From positions 3,264,001-3,328,000 of the forward strand of contig OZ219747.1 of the NCBI GenBank assembly GCA_964291265.2: a stretch of 64,000 nucleotides of DNA, read 5' to 3'. Both the position numbers and the translations under genes were made by a program. Numbering within the stretch: the first letter of the stretch is position 1; every line of letters starts with the position of its first letter. Source of the DNA: Alphaproteobacteria bacterium. GTDB taxonomy: Bacteria; Pseudomonadota; Alphaproteobacteria; SP197. The notes under the pieces were generated by a model, which saw only the letters and a program-made list of their open reading frames with translations, had not been told where the DNA came from and ran no database searches. This document shows, one piece after another, positions 51,108 through 62,800 of this stretch.

Positions 51108-51917
51108 ATGACTGGCGCAGGCTCCATCACCCGGTTGCACGACATCATGGCGCGTCTGCGTGACCCCGCCAACGGTTGCCCCTGGGACATCGAACAGTCC
51201 TTCGCCTCGATCGCTCCCTACACCATCGAGGAAGCCTATGAGGTGGTCGATGCCATCGACAGGGAAGACTGGCCGGGGCTCAAGACGGAACTCGGCGACC
51301 TTCTCTTCCAGGTGGTGTTTCATGCCCGCATGGCGTGCGAACAGGGCCTCTTCGGGTTTGACGACGTGGTCGAGGCGATCTCGGAGAAGATGGTGCGCCG
51401 TCATCCCCATGTCTTCGCGGATGGAGCGGAAGCCGTCTCGGCGACCGAACAGGCGGTGACATGGGAAGAACTGAAGGCGCAGGAGCGTCAGGACCGGTCC
51501 CGGATCAGCGATATGTCCGCACTCGATGGAATCAGCGCCAATCTTCCGGCCCTCACCCTCACCCGCAAGATCCACGAACGGGCGGCAGGTCAGGGATTCG
51601 GCCTCGCTTCGACAGGCGACGCACTCGAGGACATGATCTCCGAAGTCGATGAGCTTTCACGGGAAATCACAGACGGCTCACCCGAACGCGTTGCCGATGA
51701 ACTCGGCGATGTGCTGTTTGCCGCCGTCAATCTCGCCCGTCATCTCGACGTCGACCCCGAGCGGGCATTGCGCCGCAGCGCCGCCCGGTTCGAGACGCGA
51801 TACCGTTTCATTGAACGCTGCCTCAGCCGCGACAACCGGACGATCAGTGACTGTTCGGTCGAAGAACTCGACGCCCTGTGGACCTCCGCCGAGAACGAGG
51901 AAGCCGCCACCACGTAA
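51108..51917 (+). CDS. mazG: Nucleoside triphosphate pyrophosphohydrolase
   Basis: LRDPANGCPWD, YTIEEAYEV, ELGDLLFQVVFH, RRHPHVF. Confidence 0.95.
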   Translation: MTGAGSITRLHDIMARLRDPANGCPWDIEQSFASIAPYTIEEAYEVVDAIDREDWPGLKTELGDLLFQVVFHARMACEQGLFGFDDVVEAISEKMVRRHPHVFADGAEAVSATEQAVTWEELKAQERQDRSRISDMSALDGISANLPALTLTRKIHERAAGQGFGLASTGDALEDMISEVDELSREITDGSPERVADELGDVLFAAVNLARHLDVDPERALRRSAARFETRYRFIERCLSRDNRTISDCSVEELDALWTSAENEEAATT

Positions 51918-52094
51918 CGCTTGGCACCTTCACCATCACCTGTTGCGCCCGTGCATCCTCCGGCCGGGAGTCACTGATTCCCGGACTTCCCCTTCCTGTT
52001 GGTCACGCTGCACCTGATCAGCCGAAAAGTCAGATCCAACACAACGACATGGGAGATCATTCCGTGGTCGCGGCCAGGTGATTCCTGGCGCACG

Positions 52095-53417
52095 TCAGTT
52101 GCCGGCAGGGCATCGGGACGCGGCATGTGGGAAGCGCTTGTGGAACCGGCCGAGATCGCTGTCCTGGATGCGGACCCTGAGACGGATGTCGTGGTCACCA
52201 TCAATGCGTTCGACGATCTCGGCGCAGCGGTAGAGAAAGCCCATGGCAGCGCCGTCCCTGACGGGTACGCTGAGTTCGACGAGGCGTTGTCTGCCGCCCA
52301 GGCGGCAGGTGATGAGACCGACAAGATCGTCGAGCCCCTCTCCAGTCCGGGCCGAGATGGCGGCTGCATCATCCTGGCGCTCGACGATGGCCCGCAGCCG
52401 CGAGGCGGCGTCGTCATCGAGCAGGTCGAGCTTGTTGTAGACGGTGACCACCCTCTCGGACGCATCGAGCTCGTCGATGCCGAGGTTCTCCAGAACAGCC
52501 ATCACATCGCTGGCCTGAAGTTCATGATCGGGGTGGTGCGCATCGCGCACGTGAACGATGAGCGACGCCTCGGTGACCTCTTCGAGGGTGGCGCGAAACG
52601 CGGCAACGAGAGTCTCGGGAAGGTCCGATACGAATCCGACGGTATCGGAGAGAATGGCGCGCTTTCCGCCCTTGAGGTCGACAGCCCGCATGGTCGGGTC
52701 AAGGGTGGCGAACAACCTGTCATCGGCGTAGACGCCAGCTCCGGTCAGCCGATTGAAGAGCGTTGACTTGCCGGCGTTGGTGTACCCCACCAGGGCGACG
52801 GTGGGCCACGGCGCCCTGCGCCGGGCGCTGCGGTGCTGGCCTCGCATGGCGACGACACCATCGAGTTCACGACGAAGTCGGGCAATGCGCTGACCGATCA
52901 GGCGGCGATCGATCTCCAGCTGGGACTCTCCCGGACCACCAACGAATCCCAGTCCACCGCGCTGACGTTCCAGATGGGTCCAGCTCCGCACCAGACGGCT
53001 GCGCTGGTAGGTGAGTGCCGCCATCTCCACCTGCAGCACACCTTCGCGGGTGGCGGCACGGGCACCGAAGATATCAAGAATCAGTCCGGTGCGGTCGATG
53101 ACCTTGGTCTGAAGCTGCTGTTCCAGATTGCGCTGTTGTACCGGCGACAGGGCCGTGTCGACAAAGACAAGATCGATCGCCGACAAGGCGACCTGGAGCC
53201 TGAGCTCCTCGACCTGCCCCCTGCCCAGGAATGTACCCGCCCGGGGGCGCTTCACGGGAAGAACGCGGGCGTCCCGGACTTCGAGATCGATGGCCCTTGC
53301 CAGGCTGACCGCCTCATCCAGGGCTCCAGGGCCCTTGCGTCTGCCCTGTGCGCCACCAAGCGAAGGATGAATGACGCTGGTTCGCGTGGCGGCGGCTTCG
53401 CGCGATGCGTCAGGCAT
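52095..53417 (-). CDS. hflX: GTPase HflX (start ATG 53417 or TTG 53444)
   Basis: [41 protein letters not shown]. Confidence 0.95.
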   Translation of the reverse strand: MPDASREAAATRTSVIHPSLGGAQGRRKGPGALDEAVSLARAIDLEVRDARVLPVKRPRAGTFLGRGQVEELRLQVALSAIDLVFVDTALSPVQQRNLEQQLQTKVIDRTGLILDIFGARAATREGVLQVEMAALTYQRSRLVRSWTHLERQRGGLGFVGGPGESQLEIDRRLIGQRIARLRRELDGVVAMRGQHRSARRRAPWPTVALVGYTNAGKSTLFNRLTGAGVYADDRLFATLDPTMRAVDLKGGKRAILSDTVGFVSDLPETLVAAFRATLEEVTEASLIVHVRDAHHPDHELQASDVMAVLENLGIDELDASERVVTVYNKLDLLDDDAASRLRAIVERQDDAAAISARTGEGLDDLVGLITCRLGGRQRLVELSVPVRDGAAMGFLYRCAEIVERIDGDHDIRLRVRIQDSDLGRFHKRFPHAASRCPAGN

Positions 53418-53673
53418 CGTCGGGGGCGTCTCCTTCTCGTTCAACGGCGATCTGCAGATTCACCATGCCCTCCGGCATGACAGTCGACACGGCGTGCTTG
53501 TAGATGAGCTGCGAATGGCCGTCCCGGCGCAGGAGCAGGCAGAAACTGTCGAACCAGGTGATGATGCCCTGCAGTTTCACACCGTTCACGAGATAGACCG
53601 TCACCGGTACCTTCGATTTGCGGATCGCATTGAGGAACGTGTCCTGGAGGCTTTGCTGTCTCGCCTGCGCCAT
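53410..53673 (-). CDS. hfq: RNA chaperone Hfq
   Basis: [27 protein letters not shown]. Confidence 0.96.
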   Translation of the reverse strand: MAQARQQSLQDTFLNAIRKSKVPVTVYLVNGVKLQGIITWFDSFCLLLRRDGHSQLIYKHAVSTVMPEGMVNLQIAVEREGDAPDDA

Positions 53674-53742
53674 GATAACGCTATCCCGTATGCTGAGCCT
53701 TGGCACGTGCACCGATCCCGGAAGGGCGCGGCATCTTGCTGT

Positions 53743-54636
53743 TCACTCCAAGACTACACGCGAATGACCGCCAGGAAACCCCGCCTGACGGCGTGCGAAG
53801 TCGAGGTAGGCGTCGAGCAGAAGGCAGGTTACGTGCCCCGGCTGGCCGTTTCCGATGACCGTCTCATCGATGCGCGAGACGGCCTTGACGAGGGAGGTGG
53901 TGCTGGTCAGGAAGGCTTCACGGGCCCGCTTCGCCTCGGTCACGCTGAAAGGACGTTCGACGACCTCGATGGACAACTCGCGTGCCAGGGCCATTACCCG
54001 TTCACGGGTGATGCCCCGCAGGATCCCGTCGGCAACCGGCCGTGTCACGAGACGTCCACCGGAATCGACAATCCAGGCGTTGGAGGCGGCGCATTCGGTC
54101 ACAAGGTCTTCCCTGTCAACGAGCCAGGCCTCGTAAGCCCCCTCGCCTGCCGCCCTCGTGCGCGCCAGGACATTGGGAAGAAGGGAGACGCTCTTGATGT
54201 CGACACGCGTCCATCGCGTGTCGGGCAGCGTGATGACCTCGACCCCTGAAACGTCGCGCGACGTTGCGGGCACGTTCAAACGCCGTGCCGTGCAGACAAC
54301 GCCCGGTGTCAGGGACGCGTTGTCGAAGACGTGGTTGCGGGGCGCCGCACCCCGACTGATCTGGAGATAGACGATGCCGTCCACCACCCTGTTCAGGTGA
54401 ATCGTCCGGTTCAGGATGTGGGTGAGAACGCGCCCGGTCATCGGTCGGGGAATGTCGAGTTCGCAGAGCGAGCGATCCAGACGCCGGAAGTGATCGTCAA
54501 GGTCGACCATGTTGCGGTTGACCACAAGAATGACCTCGTAAACTCCATCGGCAAAGGTATGGGCGCGGTCATCGATGTGAACACTGGCACAGGAATGAGC
54601 GCTGTACCGTCCATTGACATAGGCGATGCGGGACAT
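53743..54636 (-). CDS. dat: D-amino-acid transaminase (class IV)
   Basis: FADGVYEV, RVDIKSVSLLPN, ILRGITR, EAFLTSTT. Confidence 0.9.
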   Translation of the reverse strand: MSRIAYVNGRYSAHSCASVHIDDRAHTFADGVYEVILVVNRNMVDLDDHFRRLDRSLCELDIPRPMTGRVLTHILNRTIHLNRVVDGIVYLQISRGAAPRNHVFDNASLTPGVVCTARRLNVPATSRDVSGVEVITLPDTRWTRVDIKSVSLLPNVLARTRAAGEGAYEAWLVDREDLVTECAASNAWIVDSGGRLVTRPVADGILRGITRERVMALARELSIEVVERPFSVTEAKRAREAFLTSTTSLVKAVSRIDETVIGNGQPGHVTCLLLDAYLDFARRQAGFPGGHSRVVLE

Positions 54637-54637
54637 G

Positions 54638-56014
54638 TCAGAAGAACTCCAGACCCACCGACAGGAGTTTTTCGACCTTGCTCATCAGGTTGGCGCTGGT
54701 GAAGAGAACCACCCGGTCACCGACCTGGATTCGGGAATCGCCGTCGGGAACGATGACCTCGTGGCCGCGAATGATGGAGCCAATGAGGATGCCCTTGGCG
54801 AGGTGAATGTCTCGTATTCTCCGGTTCGTGATCCGGGTCGTCTCGAGAGCTTCGGCCTCGATGAACTCACCAGCTCCCTCGTGAATGCTGTAGACGCTGC
54901 GAACGCGGCCACGGCGTATGTGCTGGAGGATCGTCGAGACCGTGGATCCCCTCGGGTTGACGACCGAATCGACCCCAAGGTCCTCGAGCAGCGGGTCGTA
55001 GCTCTCCGAATTGACCAGCGTGATGGCCCGCTTGGCGCCCAGTCGCTTGGCAAGGAGTGACGAGAGAATGTTGACTTCGTCGTCGTTGGAAACGGCAACC
55101 ACTGTCTCGACGTCTCCGGCGCCTGCCTCTTCGAGGAGCTTGCGTTCCAGTGCATCGCCGAGCAGGACCGTGGTCCGTGTCAGCTGGTCGGCGATCTCCC
55201 GGGCCCGGCCTTCATTGATCTCGATGACCTTGCAGCGCACGTCGGCATGGTGTCTTTCGATCTCGCGGGCAACGTAGAGGCCGATGTTTCCGCCGCCGAT
55301 GATGATGACCCGACGGGCTTCGGGTTCCTCATGTCCCAGGACGGACATCGACCGGTGCATGTGATCGGTCGACGTGACAAAGTAGACAACGTCCCCTGCC
55401 AGCATCTCCGTGCGGCCCGTCGGGATGAACAGTTCGCCGTGGCGCACGATGCCGACCACGAAGACCTTGAGGTTGGGAAAGAGTTCCGCGAGTTCTTCCA
55501 GGGGCGTATCAAGGACCGGGCAATCGGCAAGGCACCGCACGGCAATGGCGCGCACCCGGTCATCGGCCATGGGCACGATATCGAGGGCGCCTGGCACCTC
55601 GAGGCGCCTGACGATGGCGCGGGCCACCTCGATTTCCGGCGAGATGATGACATTGATCGGCATGTGGTCCCGGCTGTAGAGATTGCTCCATGCGAGATCG
55701 AGATAGGACTGGTGGCGCACCCTGGCGATTTTCGTGGGCACGTCGAAGATGGAATGTGCCACCTGGCAGGCGATCATGTTGACCTCGTCGGCATAGGTGA
55801 CGGCAATCAGCATGTCGGCATCTTCGGCGCCGGCACGCTGGAGCACCGGCGGATGGGCGGCGAATCCCACCAGCCCCTTCGCGTCAATGTTCGCCGTCAC
55901 CCTGGCAATGCACGACGCGTCGTTGTCGATCACCGTGACATCGTTGGATTCTGCCGCGAGTCTGCGGGCAATGTTGTAGCCCACCTGCCCGGCTCCACAG
56001 ACAATGACACGCAT
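54638..56014 (-). CDS. trkA: Trk potassium transporter NAD-binding subunit
   Basis: GAGQVG and GGGNIG RCK domains. Confidence 0.95.
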   Translation of the reverse strand: MRVIVCGAGQVGYNIARRLAAESNDVTVIDNDASCIARVTANIDAKGLVGFAAHPPVLQRAGAEDADMLIAVTYADEVNMIACQVAHSIFDVPTKIARVRHQSYLDLAWSNLYSRDHMPINVIISPEIEVARAIVRRLEVPGALDIVPMADDRVRAIAVRCLADCPVLDTPLEELAELFPNLKVFVVGIVRHGELFIPTGRTEMLAGDVVYFVTSTDHMHRSMSVLGHEEPEARRVIIIGGGNIGLYVAREIERHHADVRCKVIEINEGRAREIADQLTRTTVLLGDALERKLLEEAGAGDVETVVAVSNDDEVNILSSLLAKRLGAKRAITLVNSESYDPLLEDLGVDSVVNPRGSTVSTILQHIRRGRVRSVYSIHEGAGEFIEAEALETTRITNRRIRDIHLAKGILIGSIIRGHEVIVPDGDSRIQVGDRVVLFTSANLMSKVEKLLSVGLEFF

Positions 56015-56019
56015 GGCAT

Positions 56020-57411
56020 TCAGCCTCCGGAGTCGCGTTCCGTGACGCTCACACCCAGCGCTCTCAGTTTCCGGTGCAATGCGGACCGCTCCATGCCGAC
56101 TGCCGCGGCCGTCCGCGAAATGTTGTTGCCGAAACGCGCCAGCTGGGTCAACAGGTACGTGCGCTCGAAGGCCGCCCGCGCCTCGCGCATTCCGAGGGAC
56201 ATCACATCGCTGGAATCGTGAAACAGGACCGGAGCCAGGCTAGCCTGCCTCAATTCACCGGGCAGCATGTCTGCCGTGATGGCTCCGTTCTCGCCTTCCG
56301 GCGTCATGATCAGCAGGGATTCGATGACGTTGCGCAACTGCCGAACGTTGCCCGGCCAGTTGGCCATCAGCAGAGCCATCTCGGCGTCTCCCGTCAGTGT
56401 CCGGGCACTGAGACCCTGCTGGCACACGGCGCGCCTGATGAAGTACTGAGACAGTGACGCCACGTCCTCGCGCCTTTCCGAGAGTGCCGGGACATTGATC
56501 GACACGACATTCAGGCGGTAGTAGAGATCCTCACGGAAATGACCCGACCGCACTGCTGCGGCGATGTTGCCGCTTGCGGATGTAAGGACCCGCACATCGG
56601 CCCTGACCGACGTGTCGCCACCCAGTCTCGTGAAGACCTGTTCCTGCAGCGCTCTCAGGATCTTGCCCTGTGTGGCCAGAGGCATGTCCGGAACGTTGTC
56701 GAGGAACAACGTGCCTTCGTTGGCGCGCTCGAACACTCCGTGGGTGATGGCTGGCGATGTCCGGGTCTCCCGCCCGAACAGTTCCTCCTCCACTCTTTCG
56801 GGTTCCATGGTGGCGGCATTGATGGCCACGAAAGGACCGCTGGCGCGCGGCGACTGCTGGTGAATGTGCCGCGCCACCAGTTCCTTGCCCGAACCTGCCG
56901 GACCGGTGATGAGGACCCTGCTCCCAGTGGGCGCAACCCTTGAAATGGCTTCGCGCAGTTGCACCATCGCGCGCGACTCGCCGACGAGATCGTCGAGGAC
57001 ATGGGTAGAACGGCGCAGTTCCGCGTTCTCGCGTCGCAGTCTTGCCTCGTCGAGAGCCCGCTTGACCACCAGGAGCACCTTGTCTGTCTGAAGCGGTTTC
57101 TCGATGAAGTCATAGGCACCGATCCTGGTGCACTTGACTGCCGTGGTGATGGTGCCGTGACCGCTGATCATGATGATGGGCATGAACGGATGATGGACAA
57201 CATAGTCGCACAACAGATCGACGCCATCGCGTCGTGCCCCGCGAAACCAGATATCGAGGATCATCAGGGACGGCACCTGTGCGGCCATGGCTGCATCGGC
57301 GGACTCGGGGTCGGATGCCGTGCGCGCCCGGTAGCCCTCGTCCTCGAGAACATCGGCCAGGGCGCGGCGGATGTCGCGCTCGTCATCGACGATGAGGATG
57401 TCGTGCTGCAT
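56020..57411 (-). CDS. ntrX: NtrX response regulator
   Basis: REC with LDIW, AAA+ GPAGSGKE lacking GAFTGA, Fis HTH MERSALHRKL. Confidence 0.93.
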   Translation of the reverse strand: MQHDILIVDDERDIRRALADVLEDEGYRARTASDPESADAAMAAQVPSLMILDIWFRGARRDGVDLLCDYVVHHPFMPIIMISGHGTITTAVKCTRIGAYDFIEKPLQTDKVLLVVKRALDEARLRRENAELRRSTHVLDDLVGESRAMVQLREAISRVAPTGSRVLITGPAGSGKELVARHIHQQSPRASGPFVAINAATMEPERVEEELFGRETRTSPAITHGVFERANEGTLFLDNVPDMPLATQGKILRALQEQVFTRLGGDTSVRADVRVLTSASGNIAAAVRSGHFREDLYYRLNVVSINVPALSERREDVASLSQYFIRRAVCQQGLSARTLTGDAEMALLMANWPGNVRQLRNVIESLLIMTPEGENGAITADMLPGELRQASLAPVLFHDSSDVMSLGMREARAAFERTYLLTQLARFGNNISRTAAAVGMERSALHRKLRALGVSVTERDSGG

Positions 57412-59678
57412 CAGCCGTCTCTCCGTTCCAGGGGCAGTGACAGGATCACCGATGCACCGCCTTCCTTCCTGTTCCGCAGCGCAAGGTCTCCACCGTGGTC
57501 CCGGATCGTCGATCGGGCAATCGTCAGACCGAGGCCGTATCCGTCATCCTTGCCATGGGATTCATGCGGTTCGAAGAATGTCTCGGGACGCTCTACGGGA
57601 AAGCCCGGGCCATTGTCCTCGATCCTGACAACACACCATGCACCCTCCTCCGCAACGGTTGCCCTCACGATGTCGCCTTCCGCTCTCTCGACATCGTCCA
57701 TGCGAAAGGCCTCCGCTGCGTTCTTGACGATATTGAAGATGGCGGCGCAGATCATGTCGCCATCACAGCGAATCACCGGCGGAACCTCGGGATAGATGCG
57801 CTCGAAAACGACGCGCGCATCGGAGATCTCCTGAAGCCGGATGGCCTTCTCGACAATGTCGACGGCACTTTCCGGAGACATGCTGAACGTCGGCATCCTC
57901 GCGTGGCGGGAAAACTCGTCGACCACGTGGGTCATGTGCATCGCCTGCCGCTTGATGGTGTCGGTGAGTTCCCGGAAGACCTCGGGCGACTCCCTGATGG
58001 CGCCCGCGAACTTGCGCTCCAGCCGCTCGGCGGAAAGCGTGATGGGTGTCAGGGGGTTCTTGATTTCATGGGCCACCCGCAAGGCCACGTCACTCCACGC
58101 GGCCTTGCGCTGCGCGAGCACGAGTGGCGTGACGTCATCGATGGTCATCACGAAACCGCCGCGCTGCGCGGGTCCTCCCCTGCCACTCTCGACCTTGCCG
58201 ATGCGCACGAAGAGACGACGCAACCCGGCCTCGCTGTCCAGGTCGACGCTGCCTGACGCCGCGCGTGCCTTCATGGCCTGCCCGAGAATTCCGGAAGCTT
58301 CGGGCATGGTGTCGACGAGGTGCTCGCCGACAAGGTCGTTCTCGGTCACATTGAGCAGTTCCAGCGCCCGACGGTTCACCAGTTCGACGATCCCGGCGTC
58401 ATCGAGTCCGATGACGCCGGCACTGACGCCGGAAAGGACCGATTCGGTGAAGCGCCGCCGTCCTTCGAGATCCTCGTTGGCTTCAACCAGGGCATGGCGC
58501 TGTTCGGCAATCCGGTCGGCCATGCGGTTGAAGGCCTGACCGAGCAGGGAGAGCTCATCGGACCGTCCGCTCAGCGACACGCGCACCGACAGATCATCCT
58601 GCCGGATCTTCTCGGCGGCACTGGCCAGGGCCACGACCGGACCCACCAGGCGCGATGCGAGTTGCAGGGCGAACCACACGGCGACAAACAGCAGAAGAAG
58701 GGCAGCGACGGCATAGAAAAGGGAAAAGGTCAGTTGCAGGCTGGTGCGTTCGAGAGCGAGTTTTCTGTAGGACGATGCGGCTACGGAGACCCTTCTGGTG
58801 CTCTCGATGACGTCAGGGTCGACACTGCTTCCCGCCAGGAGGTACGTGCTGCCCCGGTTGAGACTGACGAGTGCGCGCACCCTGTCCCTGGCGCTTGACA
58901 TCAGAATGACGGCATCACCGGCATCGGCACGTTCGACCTCGCGTGCCGTGAGAGTCTCCATGCCGAGACCGGTTGAAAGGGTGCCCTGCATGATGATCTG
59001 ACCAAGACTGCTCATCACGACCCACTCCGAGATACCCCTCACACCCGCCCGGTCCTCGAGGTAGGCCGTGAACTCCTCCATGCTTCCCCCTGATTTCGGC
59101 ACGTAGAGTTGAAAGTCGCGGGCGAGTGCCAGGGCGCTGGAGCCAAGGGCAATGCGATGCTCTTCCAGGTAGGCATCGGCAATCCTGGTTGACTGGGCAA
59201 TGGCCGTCTGGACCCGTTGATTGAACCAGGAGTCAATGCCCATGTTGAAGAAGACAGCGGACGACACGCCGATGAGAACAGCGGGGATGGTCGCCGCCAG
59301 ACCGAAGGTGGCAACCAGCCTTGCCTGCAGCCTAGAACCTGCCATTCCCTCCCGGCGCTGCGACCACATGTCGGCAAGGCGGCGGATGATGATCACGGCA
59401 AAGGCAAGCAGGAGGGCGAGGTCGATGTTCAGGAGAACAATGAGGGTGTTCTGGTCCGGTTCGAACGGTCCCGAGCCCGTGAGCGCCCCGTAGGTCGCAA
59501 GGCCGGACAGCACCGCCGCCACCGCGAGAACCACGTTCACGACCCGGCTGCGCGACCATCGTCCGGTCGGCTTGCGGAACCAGCCGAAAGGCCTGGTCAG
59601 CATCGTCCTGACCGGGTTGCCCGGGGAGTGCACCGCTTCCGGTCGTGGAGCATGGACGCCGGTCGTCTCGAGACTCAT
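57411..59678 (-). CDS. ntrY: NtrY sensor histidine kinase
   Basis: TM region, HAMP, PAS, AWSDVALRVAHEIKNPLTPI, DNGPG, GLGL. Confidence 0.93.
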   Translation of the reverse strand: MSLETTGVHAPRPEAVHSPGNPVRTMLTRPFGWFRKPTGRWSRSRVVNVVLAVAAVLSGLATYGALTGSGPFEPDQNTLIVLLNIDLALLLAFAVIIIRRLADMWSQRREGMAGSRLQARLVATFGLAATIPAVLIGVSSAVFFNMGIDSWFNQRVQTAIAQSTRIADAYLEEHRIALGSSALALARDFQLYVPKSGGSMEEFTAYLEDRAGVRGISEWVVMSSLGQIIMQGTLSTGLGMETLTAREVERADAGDAVILMSSARDRVRALVSLNRGSTYLLAGSSVDPDVIESTRRVSVAASSYRKLALERTSLQLTFSLFYAVAALLLLFVAVWFALQLASRLVGPVVALASAAEKIRQDDLSVRVSLSGRSDELSLLGQAFNRMADRIAEQRHALVEANEDLEGRRRFTESVLSGVSAGVIGLDDAGIVELVNRRALELLNVTENDLVGEHLVDTMPEASGILGQAMKARAASGSVDLDSEAGLRRLFVRIGKVESGRGGPAQRGGFVMTIDDVTPLVLAQRKAAWSDVALRVAHEIKNPLTPITLSAERLERKFAGAIRESPEVFRELTDTIKRQAMHMTHVVDEFSRHARMPTFSMSPESAVDIVEKAIRLQEISDARVVFERIYPEVPPVIRCDGDMICAAIFNIVKNAAEAFRMDDVERAEGDIVRATVAEEGAWCVVRIEDNGPGFPVERPETFFEPHESHGKDDGYGLGLTIARSTIRDHGGDLALRNRKEGGASVILSLPLERRDG

Positions 59679-59750
59679 GGATTGAGGTAGAGCTCCCGAA
59701 ATCCGCCCTGAGCCATCATACAGACGCCACCCGGAACATGCACCCTGCTA

Positions 59751-59828
59751 GTAAGCGTTCGGTCACCCGGTGATGGGGACGATGACAGCACTGAGCGAAT
59801 AATCTCCACCCTCTGACCGAATGCTCAC
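59751..59828. mobile_element. 78-bp IS66-derived miniature/scar
   Basis: GTAAGCGTTCGGTCACCCGGTGATGG at 59751 and inverted TGACCGAATGCTCAC at 59814-59828, similar to the IS66 TIRs; no TSD. Confidence 0.65.
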
Positions 59829-59870
59829 ACTTCGGATGAGCGCCGTGTTGAAGACCTTAACGCGCCTCTC

Positions 59871-62800
59871 CTACCAGTTGAGGGCGCCGCGCAGCATGAG
59901 GCTGTCTTCGCTGACCGGCCCCGGCCGGTGCGCGCCCTCGAGGCCGAGGGAGAGTCCCGCGCCGAGGCGGTAGCGGGCGCCGAGCCGCAGGGTGCGCCCG
60001 CCGGTCTCCGCCAGGCTCAAGCCCGCCCAGGGGGTGAGCACCGCGAGAGGCCCCGGACCGGCAAGGCCGAAGCCGTGGCCCACCTCCGCCTCCAGGCGGC
60101 CCTCTGCCGATGTCGTGTCGGAGACGGCCGCGGGCAGGCCGTGGTCGAACAGTTCTCCCAGATCGCTCTCGGTGCGCCCGTGCGCGGGACCGAAGGCGAG
60201 GAAGGTTCCAAGCCCGTCGGCCCCGGGGGCGAGGCGCACCAGGGCGCTCACACCCCACTCGTCACGGTCCGCCTCGTGGGCCGCCAGGAGCCGCGTGCGC
60301 AGCTCCGCCGTCAGACCCTCCGCCGGGTCCCGCCATGTCACGCTCGCCCCGGCCTCGAGGCCCGCCCCCTCGGCGGCGTCGCCCGCGTCATGGCGCACCC
60401 CCGCCTCCAGGGCCGGGGTCAGCGTCGCACCGCTTGCCAGCGCATGCTCGTGCGACCCCTCCAGCAGCAGCCGCAGGCGGGTCGTCCTCGCCGTCAGTCC
60501 CGCCAGGCCGTCATCGGCCTCCGTGCGCAGGCGCGCCAGCGCGCCCTCGCCCTTGACCGCAAGGCGCGTCATGCCGCCCTCGATGAGGTCCGCATGCTCG
60601 ATGAGGACGCTGCGGGCGCCCGCCGCCGCGCTCCACTGCGCCAGGTCCGTGCTGCGCACCGGCGCCCCCTCCTCGGCAATCCGCACCTCGCCGGTCCCGT
60701 AGCCGAGGCTCGCCCACAGGGTCGAGCCGTCCGCCAGCAACCACGCCGCATAGGGATGCACCGACGTGATCGTGGTCTCGTGGACGCCCTTCACCTGGTC
60801 CGTCTGCGTGTCCAGCTCGCCCCGCACATGGGAGAGCGCCGCCCCGGCCAGAAGGTCGGGGCGCAGGCGCACGTCCGCCCCCAGCTGCGCCGACCACAGG
60901 CCGCCGTCCCACGACACGCCGCCTTGCGAACCCGACAGCGACAGCCACGCGCCCCGGCCCCACACGGCCAGCGGCGGCGCGGAGGCCTCGCCCTCGGCGC
61001 CCGCCGCCAGGGTGAAGGAGGCGCCGTCCAGCACCTCGGCCATGCTCGGGCCGGGCTCCTCCGGGTGCGGCGACGCCCACGCGTCCTCCACCGGTGACGG
61101 CAGGGCGCCGAACTGCACCGTGCCGCCCCCCTCGCCGGAGGCCACCGCCTCGATGCGACCCGTCACCGCCCCCAGGGTCTGCGACATCGCCGCCGCCGCC
61201 ACGTGCGGCAGCACCGCCGCATTCACCCGGTTCGACCTTGCCATGGACCCCGCCGCCCGGTCGCGCAGAACGCCAAGCGCCGTGGCGTCGTTCCCCACCA
61301 CGTAGTCCGCCGCATCGTTCAGCGTGATGCGGTAGGCTTCCGCGCCTTCCGCATCCGCATCGGCCGCCGTCGGGATCGTCACCACGCCCGTTCGCCGCCC
61401 CGCGGCGCCGAACACCGCATCGAACGAACGCGGACCCAGGCCGCCTGGAACGTCCCCGGCATCGAAGCCGCCGCCGTCCCGGGACGCCAGGGTCAGGCTC
61501 ACCCTCAGGCTGCCCGTCAGCGCCCGGTCGGCGCTCACCACGAGGCGGATGGCCTCGCCCTCGGTCACCGCCGCCGGATCCTGCGCCAGGGTCAGCACCG
61601 GCAAGAGCGTTGTGTCCGTCACCGTCACCGCCACCGAATCGATGGTCACCGAAGCGTAGCCGCCGCCGCTCGCACCATGGGTCAGCGTCGCCGTGTCGTC
61701 GGTCGTGTCCTCGTCACGGGCCGCGCGCACCGTCACCCGTTGCGCCGTGTCCCAGTTGGCCGTGGTGAAGGTCAGGCTCGCCGGTTCCACCGTCACCTCG
61801 CCCGAGGCGCCGCCCACCGTCACCGTGACCTCGCCCGAGGGCTCGGTGTCCAGCACCACCGTGTAGGCCGCACTGCTCCCCTCCGCCACCGTCAGCGCGG
61901 TCGGCGTCACCGTCACGCTTGCGTCTGCGGTGGGCGTCGTGCCGCCTCCGCCACCGCCACCGCCGCCTCCGCCGGGCGCCACCGGCGCCGCCGGCGTCGC
62001 CGTCACCGGCGCATCCGGACCGGCGCCGTTGCCGGCCCCGTTCACCGCGCGCACCTCGAACTGGTAGGCAGTGCCGTTCGTCAGACCGCTCACCTCGTAG
62101 CTGGTGGTGCCCGCAGCGGAGCCGGGAATGTCCTCCCACGCGCCCCAGTCGTCGCTGCCGGCCTTCCGCCGCACCTGCCACTTGGTGATGGTCGGATTGT
62201 CCGGGGCGGTCCAGCTCAGCGTCACCGAACCGTTGCCCGCCGCGCCGGCAAGGCCTGTCGGTTTCCCGGGCGCCACATCCTTCTCCGCCACGCTCACCAC
62301 CACAGAGGCGATGGTCACCGAGGCGTAGCCGCCGCCAGACGCGCTGTGGGTCAGCGTTACGGCGGCGTCCGTCGTCGTGTCCGTGTCCGTGCCTGCGTTC
62401 ACCGTCACCGTCTGCGGCTGGTTCCAGTTGGCTCTGGTGAAGGTCAGCGACGCGCCCGTCACCGTCACGTCCCCCGACGCGCCCGCCACCGTGATCGTCA
62501 CATCCGATGTCGGCGGCGTGTTCAGCCGCATCGTGTACGTCCTGCTGCCGCCTTCCGCCACCGTCAGCGCCGCCGTCGACACTGTCACCCCCGGCGTATC
62601 GGCCACCGTCACGTCCACCGTGCCCGCATCGGGAATCGCATCCGCAGAAGCCCCCGTCAGCCGGAAGGCGTGGTTGATCACCGCCGTGCCGTTCGCCACA
62701 CCGGTCACCGTCACCGTCCGCGCCGTGCTGTAGTTGGTGGTGGTGAAGGTCAGGCTCGCCGGACTGACCCGCGCCGCCGCCGTGGCGTCGCTCGTCACCC

